From: an uncultured Alteromonadaceae bacterium
Lineage (GTDB): Bacteria > Pseudomonadota > Gammaproteobacteria > Enterobacterales > Alteromonadaceae
Length of the DNA: 64,000 nucleotides
Assembly (NCBI GenBank): GCA_938085045.1
Contig: CALKGI010000018.1
Location: 1-64,000, forward strand
Direction: 5' to 3'
This document shows positions 1 to 11,649 of this stretch, in pieces. Under the pieces are notes generated by a model. The model did no database searches. It was not told where the DNA came from and saw nothing but the letters and a program-made list of their open reading frames with translations. The number at the start of each line of letters is the position of its first letter. Position 1 is the first letter of the stretch. The translations under genes and the position numbers were made by a program.

Positions 1-317
1 TGGTTGCCGCGCTTGCTATGGAGCATGCTGGGTATGTTAACAATACTACCACCCCTAACGGTAAAATGATCCGCGACAGTATGCGGGCGGTAATGAATCC
101 GCCGGGTAAATCTTTGGGGCCATCAGATATTGGTTTATTGCTTGAAATGATAGCAAAGGGAGAAGCGGTTGATTATGTGGGCGCTTATTCGTCTGTTGAT
201 TTTGATGAGCATGGCGACTTGGGCGGTACCCTTGTTTATGATGTTCACGAGTACGAGCCCGTTAGTGGCAAATTGAAGGTATTGGAACAACGCTTTATAG
301 AGGTACCTGTCGATTAA
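1..317 (+). CDS. 3' end of a periplasmic substrate-binding protein (type I PBP, Liv/amino-acid-binding-like), 5'-truncated by the window edge
   Basis: Frame is open from nt 3 to the stop at 317; the C-terminal sequence (…GAYSSVDFDEHGDLGGTLVYDVHEY…) resembles C-termini of Leu/Ile/Val-type ABC binding proteins. Confidence 0.45.
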   Translation, partial: VAALAMEHAGYVNNTTTPNGKMIRDSMRAVMNPPGKSLGPSDIGLLLEMIAKGEAVDYVGAYSSVDFDEHGDLGGTLVYDVHEYEPVSGKLKVLEQRFIEVPVD

Positions 318-468
318 AATTTGTCCGGGTTTGGTACTGTCTTTGCTCAGATAACAAAAATAGCAGGGGCAGGGGCTAATTCCTCTCGCAATTTCGCTAG
401 AAGTCAGCTTTAATTGAATGAGTCTATGATAAATAACAACAGTTAAACAAAGAGTTGGAGGAACAATT

Positions 469-651
469 ATGTCCTTGATGACAGTGGCACAAGTAGCCGA
501 ATTTTTAGGTGTACAGGTTGTAAGAGTTGAAAGATTAGAACGCGAAAGTCTATTGATCGCAAAAGATAAGGGGGAAGATGGTGGTGCCTTATTTGATGAG
601 GATGATGTAAAGCGTTATAAAGAACTGGCTGCACGATTGGGCGGGATCTAA
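469..651 (+). CDS. Small helix-turn-helix DNA-binding protein (AlpA/excisionase-like, 60 aa)
   Basis: 60-aa ORF preceded by GGAGG; the N-terminal MSLMTVAQVAEFLGV… fits an HTH of the MerR/excisionase class. Confidence 0.4.
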   Translation: MSLMTVAQVAEFLGVQVVRVERLERESLLIAKDKGEDGGALFDEDDVKRYKELAARLGGI

Positions 652-666
652 AGGGCTACGCTCTTG

Positions 667-706
667 CTTTTTCTGATATTGACATTTTTGTCAATATCAG
701 AAAAAG
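667..706. terminator. Perfect 18-bp AT-rich palindrome (4-nt loop) between convergent genes; putative bidirectional terminator or operator
   Basis: ctttttctgatattgaca-tttt-tgtcaatatcagaaaaag is read directly; it sits between the stop at 651 (+) and the stop at 799 (-). Confidence 0.4.
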
Positions 707-798
707 ATAACTCTATACCTACATAAATGACCTGCATAAATAGCCTACATAAACGACCTTCGCAAAACCTAACCGCACCAAATCTTAGAATAAACACT

Positions 799-1629
799 TC
801 ACTCAAGTTGCTGTATCTGATGCCATAATCGGCATATCAATCGATAAGCCATTTTCATTAATTTAAGCTTCTCATCTATCTCAAACGCTGTTGTGTCAAT
901 CTTTTGGTGGGAAAAATAAGCCTGTAAAAAAATAGCGGCTTTATCTCCTGCCAAATGATGTTCAACTATAAACCCGGCCAAATCAAAAAACACATCGCCT
1001 ATGCAGGCAAATTCCCAATCAACCAAATATTGTTTGCCCCCGCGAGAAATAATGTTTTGCGGGTTTAAATCGTTGTGACACAGGCCCAATGTCTGGTGGT
1101 TGGGTGATAACTGTTGTAGTCCTTTTATCACATCAATACAGCACTTTTGGTCAACGTTGTTTAAAACCAACAGATTACGATATTGGATTATGTGCTGAAT
1201 CAAATCGAGTGTTGGTAGCGCCTCAGTTGGTTTGAGCTGATGAACAACGGCCAATTGCTGGGCAAACTGTTTGAGTTCACTCTGGGGCCATTGATGGGCG
1301 CTGGTATGCAATCCATCGATATACTCGATAATGGCCATTTGTTGATTGTATTCAAGGATTTTTGGTGTGTCGCCAAGCTTGGCAATGGCTTTTTGTAGGG
1401 TTATTTCGGTTTGGTTGGTCGGTCTAGTTGGGTGTAAGCGGGCGATGAAAACCCCTTTGGCAGTGGTCACCTGGTACACCGAATGATTTAACCCCCGGTT
1501 GAGCAACTTGACGCTGTTGATTATGGTTTCGCTGAAAAATGGGTGATTAACTATTGCCTTCATAATACCTTCATAGACAGCACCTTCATAGACAGTACCT
1601 TCATGCCGTTGCCGACTGACGCTGGACAA
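799..1629 (-). CDS. Phosphotransferase of the APH/choline-kinase fold, thiamine-kinase (ThiK)-like
   Basis: Brenner/catalytic motif HNDLNPQN and Mg-binding motif DWEFACIGD (cf. E. coli ThiK HMDVHAGN / IDWEYAGDGD). It is last in an operon driven by a TPP riboswitch and overlaps the upstream PnuC-family gene by 29 nt. Confidence 0.6.
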   Translation of the reverse strand: MSSVSRQRHEGTVYEGAVYEGIMKAIVNHPFFSETIINSVKLLNRGLNHSVYQVTTAKGVFIARLHPTRPTNQTEITLQKAIAKLGDTPKILEYNQQMAIIEYIDGLHTSAHQWPQSELKQFAQQLAVVHQLKPTEALPTLDLIQHIIQYRNLLVLNNVDQKCCIDVIKGLQQLSPNHQTLGLCHNDLNPQNIISRGGKQYLVDWEFACIGDVFFDLAGFIVEHHLAGDKAAIFLQAYFSHQKIDTTAFEIDEKLKLMKMAYRLICRLWHQIQQLE

Positions 1630-2233
1630 CGGTTAATGATTGACGCCATTGCAAGTAACCCCATACCGACATCAGCGTATAAAACACAAATAATACCGTG
1701 GTGGGATAAAAGCCTTTTTCAATATACAAATAAACAGCAACAGCATCGATTACCAGCCAGTAAAGCCAATTTTCAAGCACTTTTTTGGCCACAAGATACG
1801 TGCTCACCACGCTGAAGCAACTGGTTAACGAATCAAGATAAGCAAAGTCGGCGTGGGTGTAGTTGTCCATGACATAGCCAATTACCATAGAGACAATAAA
1901 AGTGACACCGATAATACGGCTATGAAGCGATAATGACCATGATTGGATAGGCAACTCTTGTTGTGTTTTAACTTCATCTTTGTGATTACGCCAGCTATAC
2001 CATCCGTAAAAAGCCATTGCCATATAAAATACATTAAGCGCCGAATCCATCAGTAGCGAGCCGTTGAAAAACAACAAAGTGTAAATGAAAGTGCTAATAA
2101 ACGCCGCCGGCCAGCACCATAGACTTTCGAGCATCGCCAACCATAAATAGGCCATCGACAAAAATACCGCTAAATATTCCCAGTAAGACATGGCCTGAAA
2201 GCCTGCTAGTATCTGAGTTATTAACTCCCCCAT
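1601..2233 (-). CDS. pnuT: PnuC-family vitamin transporter, probable thiamine transporter PnuT
   Basis: 210-aa polytopic membrane protein with PnuC signatures (WxxW…, WLYWLVID) in a TPP-riboswitch operon. Confidence 0.65.
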   Translation of the reverse strand: MGELITQILAGFQAMSYWEYLAVFLSMAYLWLAMLESLWCWPAAFISTFIYTLLFFNGSLLMDSALNVFYMAMAFYGWYSWRNHKDEVKTQQELPIQSWSLSLHSRIIGVTFIVSMVIGYVMDNYTHADFAYLDSLTSCFSVVSTYLVAKKVLENWLYWLVIDAVAVYLYIEKGFYPTTVLFVFYTLMSVWGYLQWRQSLTVVQRQSATA

Positions 2234-2239
2234 CTGCGC

Positions 2240-2509
2240 TTAAAACCCCTTGGTGGGTGAGTTGGGGTCTAGGTCGGCATTGATAAACTTACAGACAAAA
2301 ATCAATTTGCCGTACCTTTGGAAAGAGGTTCTCATTTCAGCCGTTAAAATCGGCATTAAAATATCATATTCGCCAAATATTTGAGTGCTCATGGTATTGG
2401 TGAGTACAGTTAAATCGGGGTGACGGTTGAGCCGGTCGATAAAATCTTTGATAGGCGGGATATATTCCTCTGCCAAAGGGTAATTGCTGATTTCAACGGA
2501 TAAATGCAT
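2240..2509 (-). CDS. Small cytoplasmic protein, possibly a YkoF/MTH1187-like (DUF77) thiamine/HMP-binding protein
   Basis: 89-aa ORF tightly packed between the TonB receptor and pnuT in a TPP-regulated operon; assignment rests mainly on size and context. Confidence 0.3.
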   Translation of the reverse strand: MHLSVEISNYPLAEEYIPPIKDFIDRLNRHPDLTVLTNTMSTQIFGEYDILMPILTAEMRTSFQRYGKLIFVCKFINADLDPNSPTKGF

Positions 2510-2660
2510 GGGTGGCTCCTGTTGTTTCGTTATTTGTTGATTTTGTCGTAGGGGCAGACCCCTGTGTCTGCCCTTTTACGAATTATCGATATAATTCGGT
2601 GGGATACCATAATAAAGGGCAATCACGGGGGATAGCCCCTACGTAAACCATTTCTATAAC

Positions 2661-4826
2661 CTAAAAATTATAGCTGAAAGTTGCCCCAAAACGGGCAGGT
2701 TCACCTAGTTGGGTATACGTCGTCGCTTCGTAGCCGTTACGTGGGTCGTTGCCGAAGAAAAAACCACGAACGCCGTAGTCTTCATCAAATACGTTGCGTC
2801 CCCACACGGTAATATCCCAATCATTACCCTGATAGCCCACAGCCATGTTAACCAAGTCAATCGATTCAGATTTAGAGTCGTGGCTCATTGAGTAATAAAA
2901 CTCGTCTTTGCCTTCGGCGTTAATGCGTACAAACCACTGTTCATCAAAGGTGTAAACGCCGCCGATATTGTATTGATACTCAGGGGCATGGGCTTGATTA
3001 CGACCGCTTTTATCGGTGCCATCTTGGGCCACAAAATCTTTAACTTCTGATTTCAATACACCGAAACTGGCAAACAGTTGCAAAGCGCTGTTTACATCAT
3101 AACTGAGTTCGGTCTCTAAACCATAATTGTTGCCACTGGCACCGTTCTCAATATAACCAGTAAAGATAGGCGTGCTGCCATCAGTGCTAGTTTCAGTGAC
3201 ATGACCTTTGAGTTGAATATCTTCACGATGAGAGTAGAACAAGCTCATACGAACAACAAGGTTGCCCTCATCATTAGCGCCTTTCACACCAAACTCAATA
3301 TTATGCAAAACCTCTGGAGAAAACGATTTTCTTTTAGTCAAAAAATCACTTGTTGCATCTTGACCATCAACAATGGCTTTGCCAATGGCTTCACCGTTAA
3401 CACCACCGGCTTTGTAACCGCGAGAAAGCGTGGAATAAAGCATGGTTTGGTCATTGACTTGATAACTAACATCAAACTTGCCGCCCCACATTGTGTCGGT
3501 TATAGAATCTACTGTATCGACACTGTCAAGGTAGTCAGAGGTGCGCTGTTCTGCTCGCAAACCAGCGGTAATGGTGACTTGGTCATCCACTTGCCAGTCT
3601 CGTTGGCCATAGAAGGCAACATTTACCGTGTCTAAAGTGCTGTCGAACAAAGGTGTAAAGCCATAAACTGCCATACGTTCTAATGCAACTTTCTTATCTT
3701 GTCGATAAAAGCCTGCGACCCAGTTAGATTCGTTACCGGGTTTTGCCGTTGCTCTTAAGTCCACAGTGTTAGCGTTATGGTCGCGAAAGTAATGGTCAGT
3801 TGAAGTATATCCCCAATCGTGAAAGCCCTCAAAGGCCCAATCTTCATCGTAACCATAAGCCATATTCGAGCTGTTGACGCTGGTTTGTAAGCTTACATCT
3901 GCGCTAACAAAGGCGGTGTAATGTCCGGTGACACTTAAGGCTTTGGTTCTTTGAGTGTCAAAACCCGGTTGGTCTGACAGGGTTTCGCGAGTATTGTCTA
4001 AAGAAAAGGCATCATAACCGTTGTCGGCGTCAAAAAAGTGGGTGGCAACATCGACTGTTAAATCTTCTGTTGCAGTCCAGTTCAAATTCAAACGACCACC
4101 AAACTCTTCGATATTGTTGGTATCATCGCGGTTCAAGTGGGTATTTCGAATATAACCATCGCTCGATAGTTTTTGCACGGCCATACGGTAATTTAAATTG
4201 TCGGTAATGGCCATACCATGCGCCACGCCAACTTGGCGGCTGTTGTAATTGCCGTACGACAACTGAACCTTGCCACTTTGCTCGCCGTTTGCTTGCGCGC
4301 CTCTTAAATTGACCATGCCAGCCATGGCGTTAGCGCCAAAACGAGTGCCTTGTGGTCCACGAAAAATCTCAACCTGACTGATATCAAACAAAGTCGCCGC
4401 AGTGCCAATGCCGCTGTAGTCAATACCATCAATGGCGATACCAACTGAAGGGTTAACAGCATCAACAAACTCACTACGCTCACCTATACCGCGCACCTGA
4501 AAATGCCGAGCGCGTGAAGCACCCGATGAAAAGTTGACATTAACCGAAGTATTTAACACATCTTCAAGATGCTGAGCATTGCGTTGACGCATTACGTCGC
4601 TGGTGATCACCGCGACACTTGCTGGTGTTTTTTGTAGGTTTTGTTGCTTGAAATCGCCAGAAACCGTAATGACTTCAATGGCTTCATTTTTGCTGGTTGT
4701 GTCAATTGTGTCAATTGCGGCAATTGTGTCATCGGCATGTACAGGCGCAATGGCACTTAAAATAGACAGGGTTAACAGAGATAATTTGGTGTTCATCGGG
4801 CGTCCGTTGGATAACGTTAATAACAA
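2661..4826 (-). CDS. TonB-dependent outer-membrane receptor, thiamine-regulated
   Basis: 721 aa with a signal peptide, plug and barrel, and a C-terminal …FGATFSYNF ending in Phe; sits immediately downstream of a minus-strand TPP riboswitch. Confidence 0.85.
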   Translation of the reverse strand: MLLTLSNGRPMNTKLSLLTLSILSAIAPVHADDTIAAIDTIDTTSKNEAIEVITVSGDFKQQNLQKTPASVAVITSDVMRQRNAQHLEDVLNTSVNVNFSSGASRARHFQVRGIGERSEFVDAVNPSVGIAIDGIDYSGIGTAATLFDISQVEIFRGPQGTRFGANAMAGMVNLRGAQANGEQSGKVQLSYGNYNSRQVGVAHGMAITDNLNYRMAVQKLSSDGYIRNTHLNRDDTNNIEEFGGRLNLNWTATEDLTVDVATHFFDADNGYDAFSLDNTRETLSDQPGFDTQRTKALSVTGHYTAFVSADVSLQTSVNSSNMAYGYDEDWAFEGFHDWGYTSTDHYFRDHNANTVDLRATAKPGNESNWVAGFYRQDKKVALERMAVYGFTPLFDSTLDTVNVAFYGQRDWQVDDQVTITAGLRAEQRTSDYLDSVDTVDSITDTMWGGKFDVSYQVNDQTMLYSTLSRGYKAGGVNGEAIGKAIVDGQDATSDFLTKRKSFSPEVLHNIEFGVKGANDEGNLVVRMSLFYSHREDIQLKGHVTETSTDGSTPIFTGYIENGASGNNYGLETELSYDVNSALQLFASFGVLKSEVKDFVAQDGTDKSGRNQAHAPEYQYNIGGVYTFDEQWFVRINAEGKDEFYYSMSHDSKSESIDLVNMAVGYQGNDWDITVWGRNVFDEDYGVRGFFFGNDPRNGYEATTYTQLGEPARFGATFSYNF

Positions 4827-4871
4827 TCCAGATAGTGGGGCAATAGAAAAAGTAACAACGCAGTGAATACG

Positions 4872-4972
4872 AATTTACCATTCCTACGCCGGTATTATCC
4901 GGATCAGGTTTTAGGGTTCGGCGATAGCGCCATCTCAGCCAATAATTCAGCACCCCTTGGAATGGGTGAATA
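4872..4972 (-). ncRNA. TPP (THI-box) riboswitch controlling the TonB-receptor operon
   Basis: Minus-strand read: …GGGGTGCTGAATTATTGGCTGAGATGGCG…AACCTGATCCGGATAATACCGGCGTAGGAATGG, matching the conserved CUGAGA and ACCUGAUCYGGAUAAUGCCAGCGUAGGGA cores. Confidence 0.85.
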
Positions 4973-5106
4973 GTATAGTAGATTGGTGGTGAATGAAACT
5001 GCTGTAAAAGCATGATTTGATATTACATAGTACGAAATGCCGATAGACCTACCCAAACACAAAATATATTGCCATCACCCCCAATTCAGTAATACACTGC
5101 CCGCCA

Positions 5107-5203
5107 CTTGTCGGAGTGCCTAACTTGTTATCAAGAAAGGCTGAGACCGCTTTATGCGGGATCCGTGGAACCTGACCAGGTTAAAACCTGCGTAGGAAAC
5201 AAG
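5107..5203 (+). ncRNA. TPP (THI-box) riboswitch upstream of thiC
   Basis: …GGAGTGCCTAACTTG…GGCTGAGACCGC…GGAACCTGACCAGGTTAAAACCTGCGTAGGAAACAAG; the P1 stem cttgt/acaag closes it, and an AGGAG Shine-Dalgarno lies about 10 nt before the thiC ATG. Confidence 0.85.
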
Positions 5204-5311
5204 CTATCGAAAAAAGGCACCTGTAAAATAGGTGTACTTGTCGCTTCTCGTTCCACACCTCTCCTGCAAGCTCTCTGTATCACATACAATTATTGCATCA
5301 GGAGCAAATAG

Positions 5312-7216
<1,905 letters not shown>

Positions 7217-7219
7217 CTC

Positions 7220-8317
7220 ATGAAGAACGTGGCTGTTGTCGGCGCGGGATTGATGGGCAGGCTCAGTGCATTGAGTCTGCATCGCAAAGGATTGAACGTA
7301 ACCTTGTTCGACAAAGACGACAAAAAGGGAGAACTCAGTGCGGCGCGAGCAGCTGGTGGTTTGCTCACGCCGCTTGGCGAATCGCTAACGAGCGAGTCAT
7401 GGATAGTCGAAATGGGATTTGCCTCGTTGTCGATGTGGCCTGAGTTTTTGCAAACACTCGATGACTGGGTTTTCTTTGAACAAACCGGCGCAGTTGTGGT
7501 GGCGCACACCCAAGACAGCGGCGATATGCACAGGTTTAATCGTCACCTTTTGACTCATTGGCCGCAATATCCCGGGCAGGTGCTTAACCGCGAGCAGTTG
7601 CAACAGCTCGAACCTCAATTGAGCCGTAGCTTTCAACAAGGTTTGTATTTGCCCCAAGAAGGCCAAATTGGCAATCGGCAGTTGTTTAAAGCTCTGCAAC
7701 ATCAACTTGAAAAAGAAGGTGTTCAATGGCACTGCCAGCATCCGGTTGATGATGTTCATCAACTTCAGCAAAGCTTTGATTTAGTGATTGATTGTAGGGG
7801 AGTAGGGGCAAGCAAGCAGATTAAAGACTTGCGAGGTGTTCGCGGTGAGTTGTTTCAGTTGCTTGCACCTGAGGTAAAACTCAGCCGGCCAATTCGCTTG
7901 ATGCACCCGCGTTATCAACTCTATATCGCGCCCAAGCCCAACCATCATTATGTGGTTGGTGCCACCGAAATAGAAAGCGACGACAACTCGCCAATGACCG
8001 TGCGCTCGGCGCTTGAGTTATTGTCGGCGGCGTACAGCGTTCACGCCGGATTCGCCGAGGCGACCATTCGTGAACACGTCAGCCAATGTCGCCCATCGTT
8101 TAACGACAACAATCCACAAATTCGCGTGGCTGATTCGCTCATTCAAGTCAACGGTTTATATCGACACGGCTTTTTACTTGCCCCAATGATACTTGACCAT
8201 TTGATGCAAGTGGTTGACCGGATGGCTGGCGCCCCCGGCGTTAGTGATAGCAATTACCTCAACCATTTTAGTGAGGGGCTGACATTTGCCCAACTGATAG
8301 CAGGAGTAAAGTCATGA
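7220..8317 (+). CDS. thiO: Glycine oxidase ThiO (FAD-dependent)
   Basis: N-terminal dinucleotide-binding VAVVGAGLMG; position between thiC and thiS. Confidence 0.8.
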   Translation: MKNVAVVGAGLMGRLSALSLHRKGLNVTLFDKDDKKGELSAARAAGGLLTPLGESLTSESWIVEMGFASLSMWPEFLQTLDDWVFFEQTGAVVVAHTQDSGDMHRFNRHLLTHWPQYPGQVLNREQLQQLEPQLSRSFQQGLYLPQEGQIGNRQLFKALQHQLEKEGVQWHCQHPVDDVHQLQQSFDLVIDCRGVGASKQIKDLRGVRGELFQLLAPEVKLSRPIRLMHPRYQLYIAPKPNHHYVVGATEIESDDNSPMTVRSALELLSAAYSVHAGFAEATIREHVSQCRPSFNDNNPQIRVADSLIQVNGLYRHGFLLAPMILDHLMQVVDRMAGAPGVSDSNYLNHFSEGLTFAQLIAGVKS

Positions 8318-8511
8318 GACTCACAGTAAATAATCAACCAATAGAAATTGGCGACAACAGTACTTTGTCGTGCGTGATAACCCAGTTTGGCGCAGGCGGT
8401 CAATTTGCTGTGGCGCTAAACGGCGAGTTTGTCAGTAAACAAAACTACCAACAAACGCCAGTGTCAGCAAACGACAAAATCGAAATACTTTCGCCAATAC
8501 AGGGGGGCTAA
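8314..8511 (+). CDS. thiS: Sulfur-carrier protein ThiS
   Basis: 65 aa ending in Gly-Gly; overlaps the thiO stop by 4 nt. Confidence 0.85.
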   Translation: MRLTVNNQPIEIGDNSTLSCVITQFGAGGQFAVALNGEFVSKQNYQQTPVSANDKIEILSPIQGG

Positions 8512-8513
8512 AC

Positions 8514-9308
8514 ATGAGTACATTAAACATTTATGGCACTGAATTATCTAGCCGCTTGCTAATTGGCAGTGCGTTGTATCCATCGCCACAGGTGATGAAA
8601 GACGCGGTTAAGGCCAGTGGGTCAGAGGTCGTGACATTGTCGCTTCGCCGCCAAAATCCGCATGAACAAAGTGGCAAAAAAATCTGGCAGTATATTCAAC
8701 AAATGGGTTGTCATTTACTGCCCAATACCGCCGGATGTAAAACGGCCGACGAAGCTTACACGCTGGCACAAATGAGCCGCGAGATATTTAACACCGACTG
8801 GATTAAACTCGAAGTTATTGGCGATGATTACAATTTACAGCCCGATCCGATTGAGCTGTTAAAGGCCGCAGATAGCTTGATTAGAGCCGGGTTTAAAGTT
8901 TTGCCCTATTGCACCGACGACTTAGTGCTGTGCCAGCGTCTCTATGATCTGGGCTGCGAAGTAATAATGCCATGGGGATCGCCAATTGGCACTGGATTAG
9001 GACTGATGAATGCGTATAATCTAGAAACTATTAGAGTACGATTACCACAAGCCACCTTGATTGTTGACGCTGGAATAGGACGACCGTCTGATGCCTGCCA
9101 AGCGATGGAGATGGGTTATGATGGTATATTACTTAATAGCGCTGTGGCATTGGCCGACAACCCTGTATTAATGGCAGGTGCTTTTGCCCGTAGTATAGAC
9201 GCTGGTACGCAGGCTTATTTGGCTGGTGTGATGCCGCAAAGACAAACCGCTAACCCGAGTACGCCCACATTGGGCACACCGTTTTGGCATCAGGAGAGAA
9301 GCACATGA
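8514..9308 (+). CDS. thiG: Thiazole synthase ThiG
   Basis: 264 aa; conserved ThiG TIM-barrel sequence. Confidence 0.9.
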   Translation: MSTLNIYGTELSSRLLIGSALYPSPQVMKDAVKASGSEVVTLSLRRQNPHEQSGKKIWQYIQQMGCHLLPNTAGCKTADEAYTLAQMSREIFNTDWIKLEVIGDDYNLQPDPIELLKAADSLIRAGFKVLPYCTDDLVLCQRLYDLGCEVIMPWGSPIGTGLGLMNAYNLETIRVRLPQATLIVDAGIGRPSDACQAMEMGYDGILLNSAVALADNPVLMAGAFARSIDAGTQAYLAGVMPQRQTANPSTPTLGTPFWHQERST

Positions 9309-10840
9309 CAAAACCGATTGTCTGGACTATTGCAGGTTCAGATTGTGGCGGTGGCGCAGGCATACAGGCCGACATTCAGGCCATAACCGGATTGGGGGGA
9401 TACGCGTGCAGCGTTATCACCGCTAATACCGCGCAAAACTCCCAAGATGTAGAGGCCGTTAACCCGGTGTCCGATGCTGTTTTGGCGTCACAATTAGACA
9501 GCTTGGCCGAAGACATGCCCGCCAGCGTGATAAAAATCGGCTTGTTGGTCAATCAGGCTCAGGTTGAGCTGGTGGCTGACAAAATCCGCCAATACAAAGA
9601 CCAATGGCAACAAAACCCAATCGTAATATACGATCCGGTTTCAGTCGCCTCCACCGGTCAAGTGTTAACTGAGCAAGACATTGTCGAAACGGTTCAGACA
9701 AAACTCTTCCCACTGGTTGATGTGCTAACCCCAAATACCCTTGAAGTACAAACACTCACCGGCATTTATTTGCTAGGGGCAGAGTCTGTCAAACAGGCTG
9801 CCACCAAGCTCATGTCGATGGGGGTGGGGTCTGTTGTCATCAAAGGCGGACATTGGAATTATCCCGCAGGTTATTGTGTTGATTATTGTTTCACCCAAAA
9901 AGGGGCGGCCATGCAGCACTATTGGTTGGCCACAAAAACCATTAATTCGCCGCATACCCACGGCACAGGCTGCGCATTCTCATCGGCAATGGCCACTGTT
10001 ATCGCGCTAGAATATCCTATTCGTGATGCTTTTACTGTTGCCAAAGCCTATGTTAATCAAGGGCTTAAAGCAGCTTTTAGAGTCGGCGAGGGCATAGGCC
10101 CTGTAAGTCACTTGGGCTGGCCGACAAAACTCGAAGACTTCCCGCAAGTTGTTGAGTTAGGTTCAACCATTGCCGAAGCGCTAGAATTAAATACCAACGA
10201 CCAAAAACAACTCACCGTGGGTTTTAACGGTTGCAACGAGCCACAGTTGGGTTTGTATCCGGTAGTTGATTCGTATCAATGGATAGAAAAATTACTGTTG
10301 CTGGGCGTTAAAACCATTCAGTTACGGGTTAAGAAAAAGCACCATACTCCCGCATATATTGAGCAACAAATAATCGAAGCCATTAACTTAGGTCGTCGCT
10401 TCAAAGCCAAAGTCTTTATCAACGATCACTGGGAATTGGCCATAAAGCACGGTGCTTATGGTGTTCATTTGGGTCAACGAGACCTAAACGAAGCCGACTT
10501 AAATGTGATTAAGGCCGCAGGCTCTCGGCTTGGTATCAGCACTCATGGTTATTACGAAATGCTGCGTGCCCGTGAGTATCAACCCAGTTATCTTGCTTTT
10601 GGCGCTATTTTTTCAACCAAAACCAAAGATATGTCGGGTATGATCCAAGGTGTTGACAGGTTAGAGAAATACGTTAGCCTATTCGCCGATTACACCACTG
10701 TGGCGATTGGCGGTATTACCGTCGAACGTGCAGCTGATGTGGCCAAAACGGGCGTAGACAGCATAGCCGTTGTTACCGCAATTACTGAAGCTGCTAATGT
10801 TACCGATGCGGTTGAACAGTTGCAGAGCCACTTTAAGTAA
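9284..10840 (+). CDS. thiDE: Bifunctional HMP/HMP-P kinase (ThiD, N-terminal) fused to thiamine-phosphate synthase (ThiE, C-terminal)
   Basis: 518 aa. The N-terminal half has ThiD motifs ([16 protein letters not shown], …[11 protein letters not shown]); the C-terminal half has ThiE motifs (LYPVVDS…QLRVKKK…GVHLGQRD). The start may instead be the ATG at 9305. Confidence 0.85.
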   Translation: MASGEKHMTKPIVWTIAGSDCGGGAGIQADIQAITGLGGYACSVITANTAQNSQDVEAVNPVSDAVLASQLDSLAEDMPASVIKIGLLVNQAQVELVADKIRQYKDQWQQNPIVIYDPVSVASTGQVLTEQDIVETVQTKLFPLVDVLTPNTLEVQTLTGIYLLGAESVKQAATKLMSMGVGSVVIKGGHWNYPAGYCVDYCFTQKGAAMQHYWLATKTINSPHTHGTGCAFSSAMATVIALEYPIRDAFTVAKAYVNQGLKAAFRVGEGIGPVSHLGWPTKLEDFPQVVELGSTIAEALELNTNDQKQLTVGFNGCNEPQLGLYPVVDSYQWIEKLLLLGVKTIQLRVKKKHHTPAYIEQQIIEAINLGRRFKAKVFINDHWELAIKHGAYGVHLGQRDLNEADLNVIKAAGSRLGISTHGYYEMLRAREYQPSYLAFGAIFSTKTKDMSGMIQGVDRLEKYVSLFADYTTVAIGGITVERAADVAKTGVDSIAVVTAITEAANVTDAVEQLQSHFK

Positions 10841-10879
10841 CTCCTTAGAGCAATAATAGAATTTGATTGAATTAAATAG

Positions 10880-11632
10880 ATGTTAAACGACAAAGAACTC
10901 ACCCGTTACAGTCGCCATTTGCTGCTTAAAGAAATTGGCGAGCAAGGACAAGAAAAACTCAAAGCCGCCACAGTGCTTATCATCGGCCTTGGTGGGCTGG
11001 GATGCCCAGCCGCATTGTACTTGGGCGCGGCAGGCGTTGGTAAATTGGTGCTGGTAGACGGCGATAAAGTCGAAACCTCTAACTTGCAACGTCAAATCAT
11101 GTACAAAGCCAACCATGTAGGCACAGGCAAATCGGCCAGTGCGCAAAAGTCGTTGTATGGTCTTAACTCATTGGTTGAAGTTGAGGCGATAAACGCCAAT
11201 GTTGATGACTCAAACATCACAAAACTGGTGCAAAGTGCCGATGTGGTACTCGATTGCACCGACAATTTCGCCACGCGTCATCTCATCAACAAAACCTGTT
11301 TTGAGCAATCAAAAACCCTAATTAGCGGCGCCGCCATTAGAGGCGAAGGCCAGTTTATGGTGTTTGATTTTGCTCGGGATGCTGGTTGCCCCTGCTATAA
11401 CTGCTTATTCCCCCAAAGCTCAGAAGAACCTACATTAAACTGCCAAAATAGCGGCGTATTCGGCCCTGTGCTCGGCATTATCGGCAGCATGCAAGCGCTT
11501 GAAACCATCAAATGGATCATTGGCAAACCACTGCCTAGTGCGGGCAAACTTAAAGTCTTTGATGGCATGAACTTGTCTTGGATGGAGTTTAAGATGAGTA
11601 AGAATGAGTGTTGTGAGGTTTGTTGCAATTAG
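10880..11632 (+). CDS. thiF: ThiS adenylyltransferase ThiF (MoeB/ThiF E1-like)
   Basis: RYSRHLLL…GLGGLGCPAALYLGAAGVG nucleotide-binding motif and a C-terminal CxxC…CxxC. Confidence 0.8.
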   Translation: MLNDKELTRYSRHLLLKEIGEQGQEKLKAATVLIIGLGGLGCPAALYLGAAGVGKLVLVDGDKVETSNLQRQIMYKANHVGTGKSASAQKSLYGLNSLVEVEAINANVDDSNITKLVQSADVVLDCTDNFATRHLINKTCFEQSKTLISGAAIRGEGQFMVFDFARDAGCPCYNCLFPQSSEEPTLNCQNSGVFGPVLGIIGSMQALETIKWIIGKPLPSAGKLKVFDGMNLSWMEFKMSKNECCEVCCN

Positions 11633-11649
11633 AGGAGTGGGGTAACAGT

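Noticed and set aside
2528-2572. Hairpin GGGCAGACccctgtGTCTGCCC followed by TTTT downstream of the TonB-receptor operon end
   Set aside because: The U-tract is on the plus strand, where no gene is being terminated. It may be incidental or a REP-like hairpin, and there is not enough evidence to call it a terminator.
5108-5311. 67-aa ORF between the TonB receptor and thiC
   Set aside because: It is fully occupied by the plus-strand TPP riboswitch and its expression platform. It is a non-coding leader.
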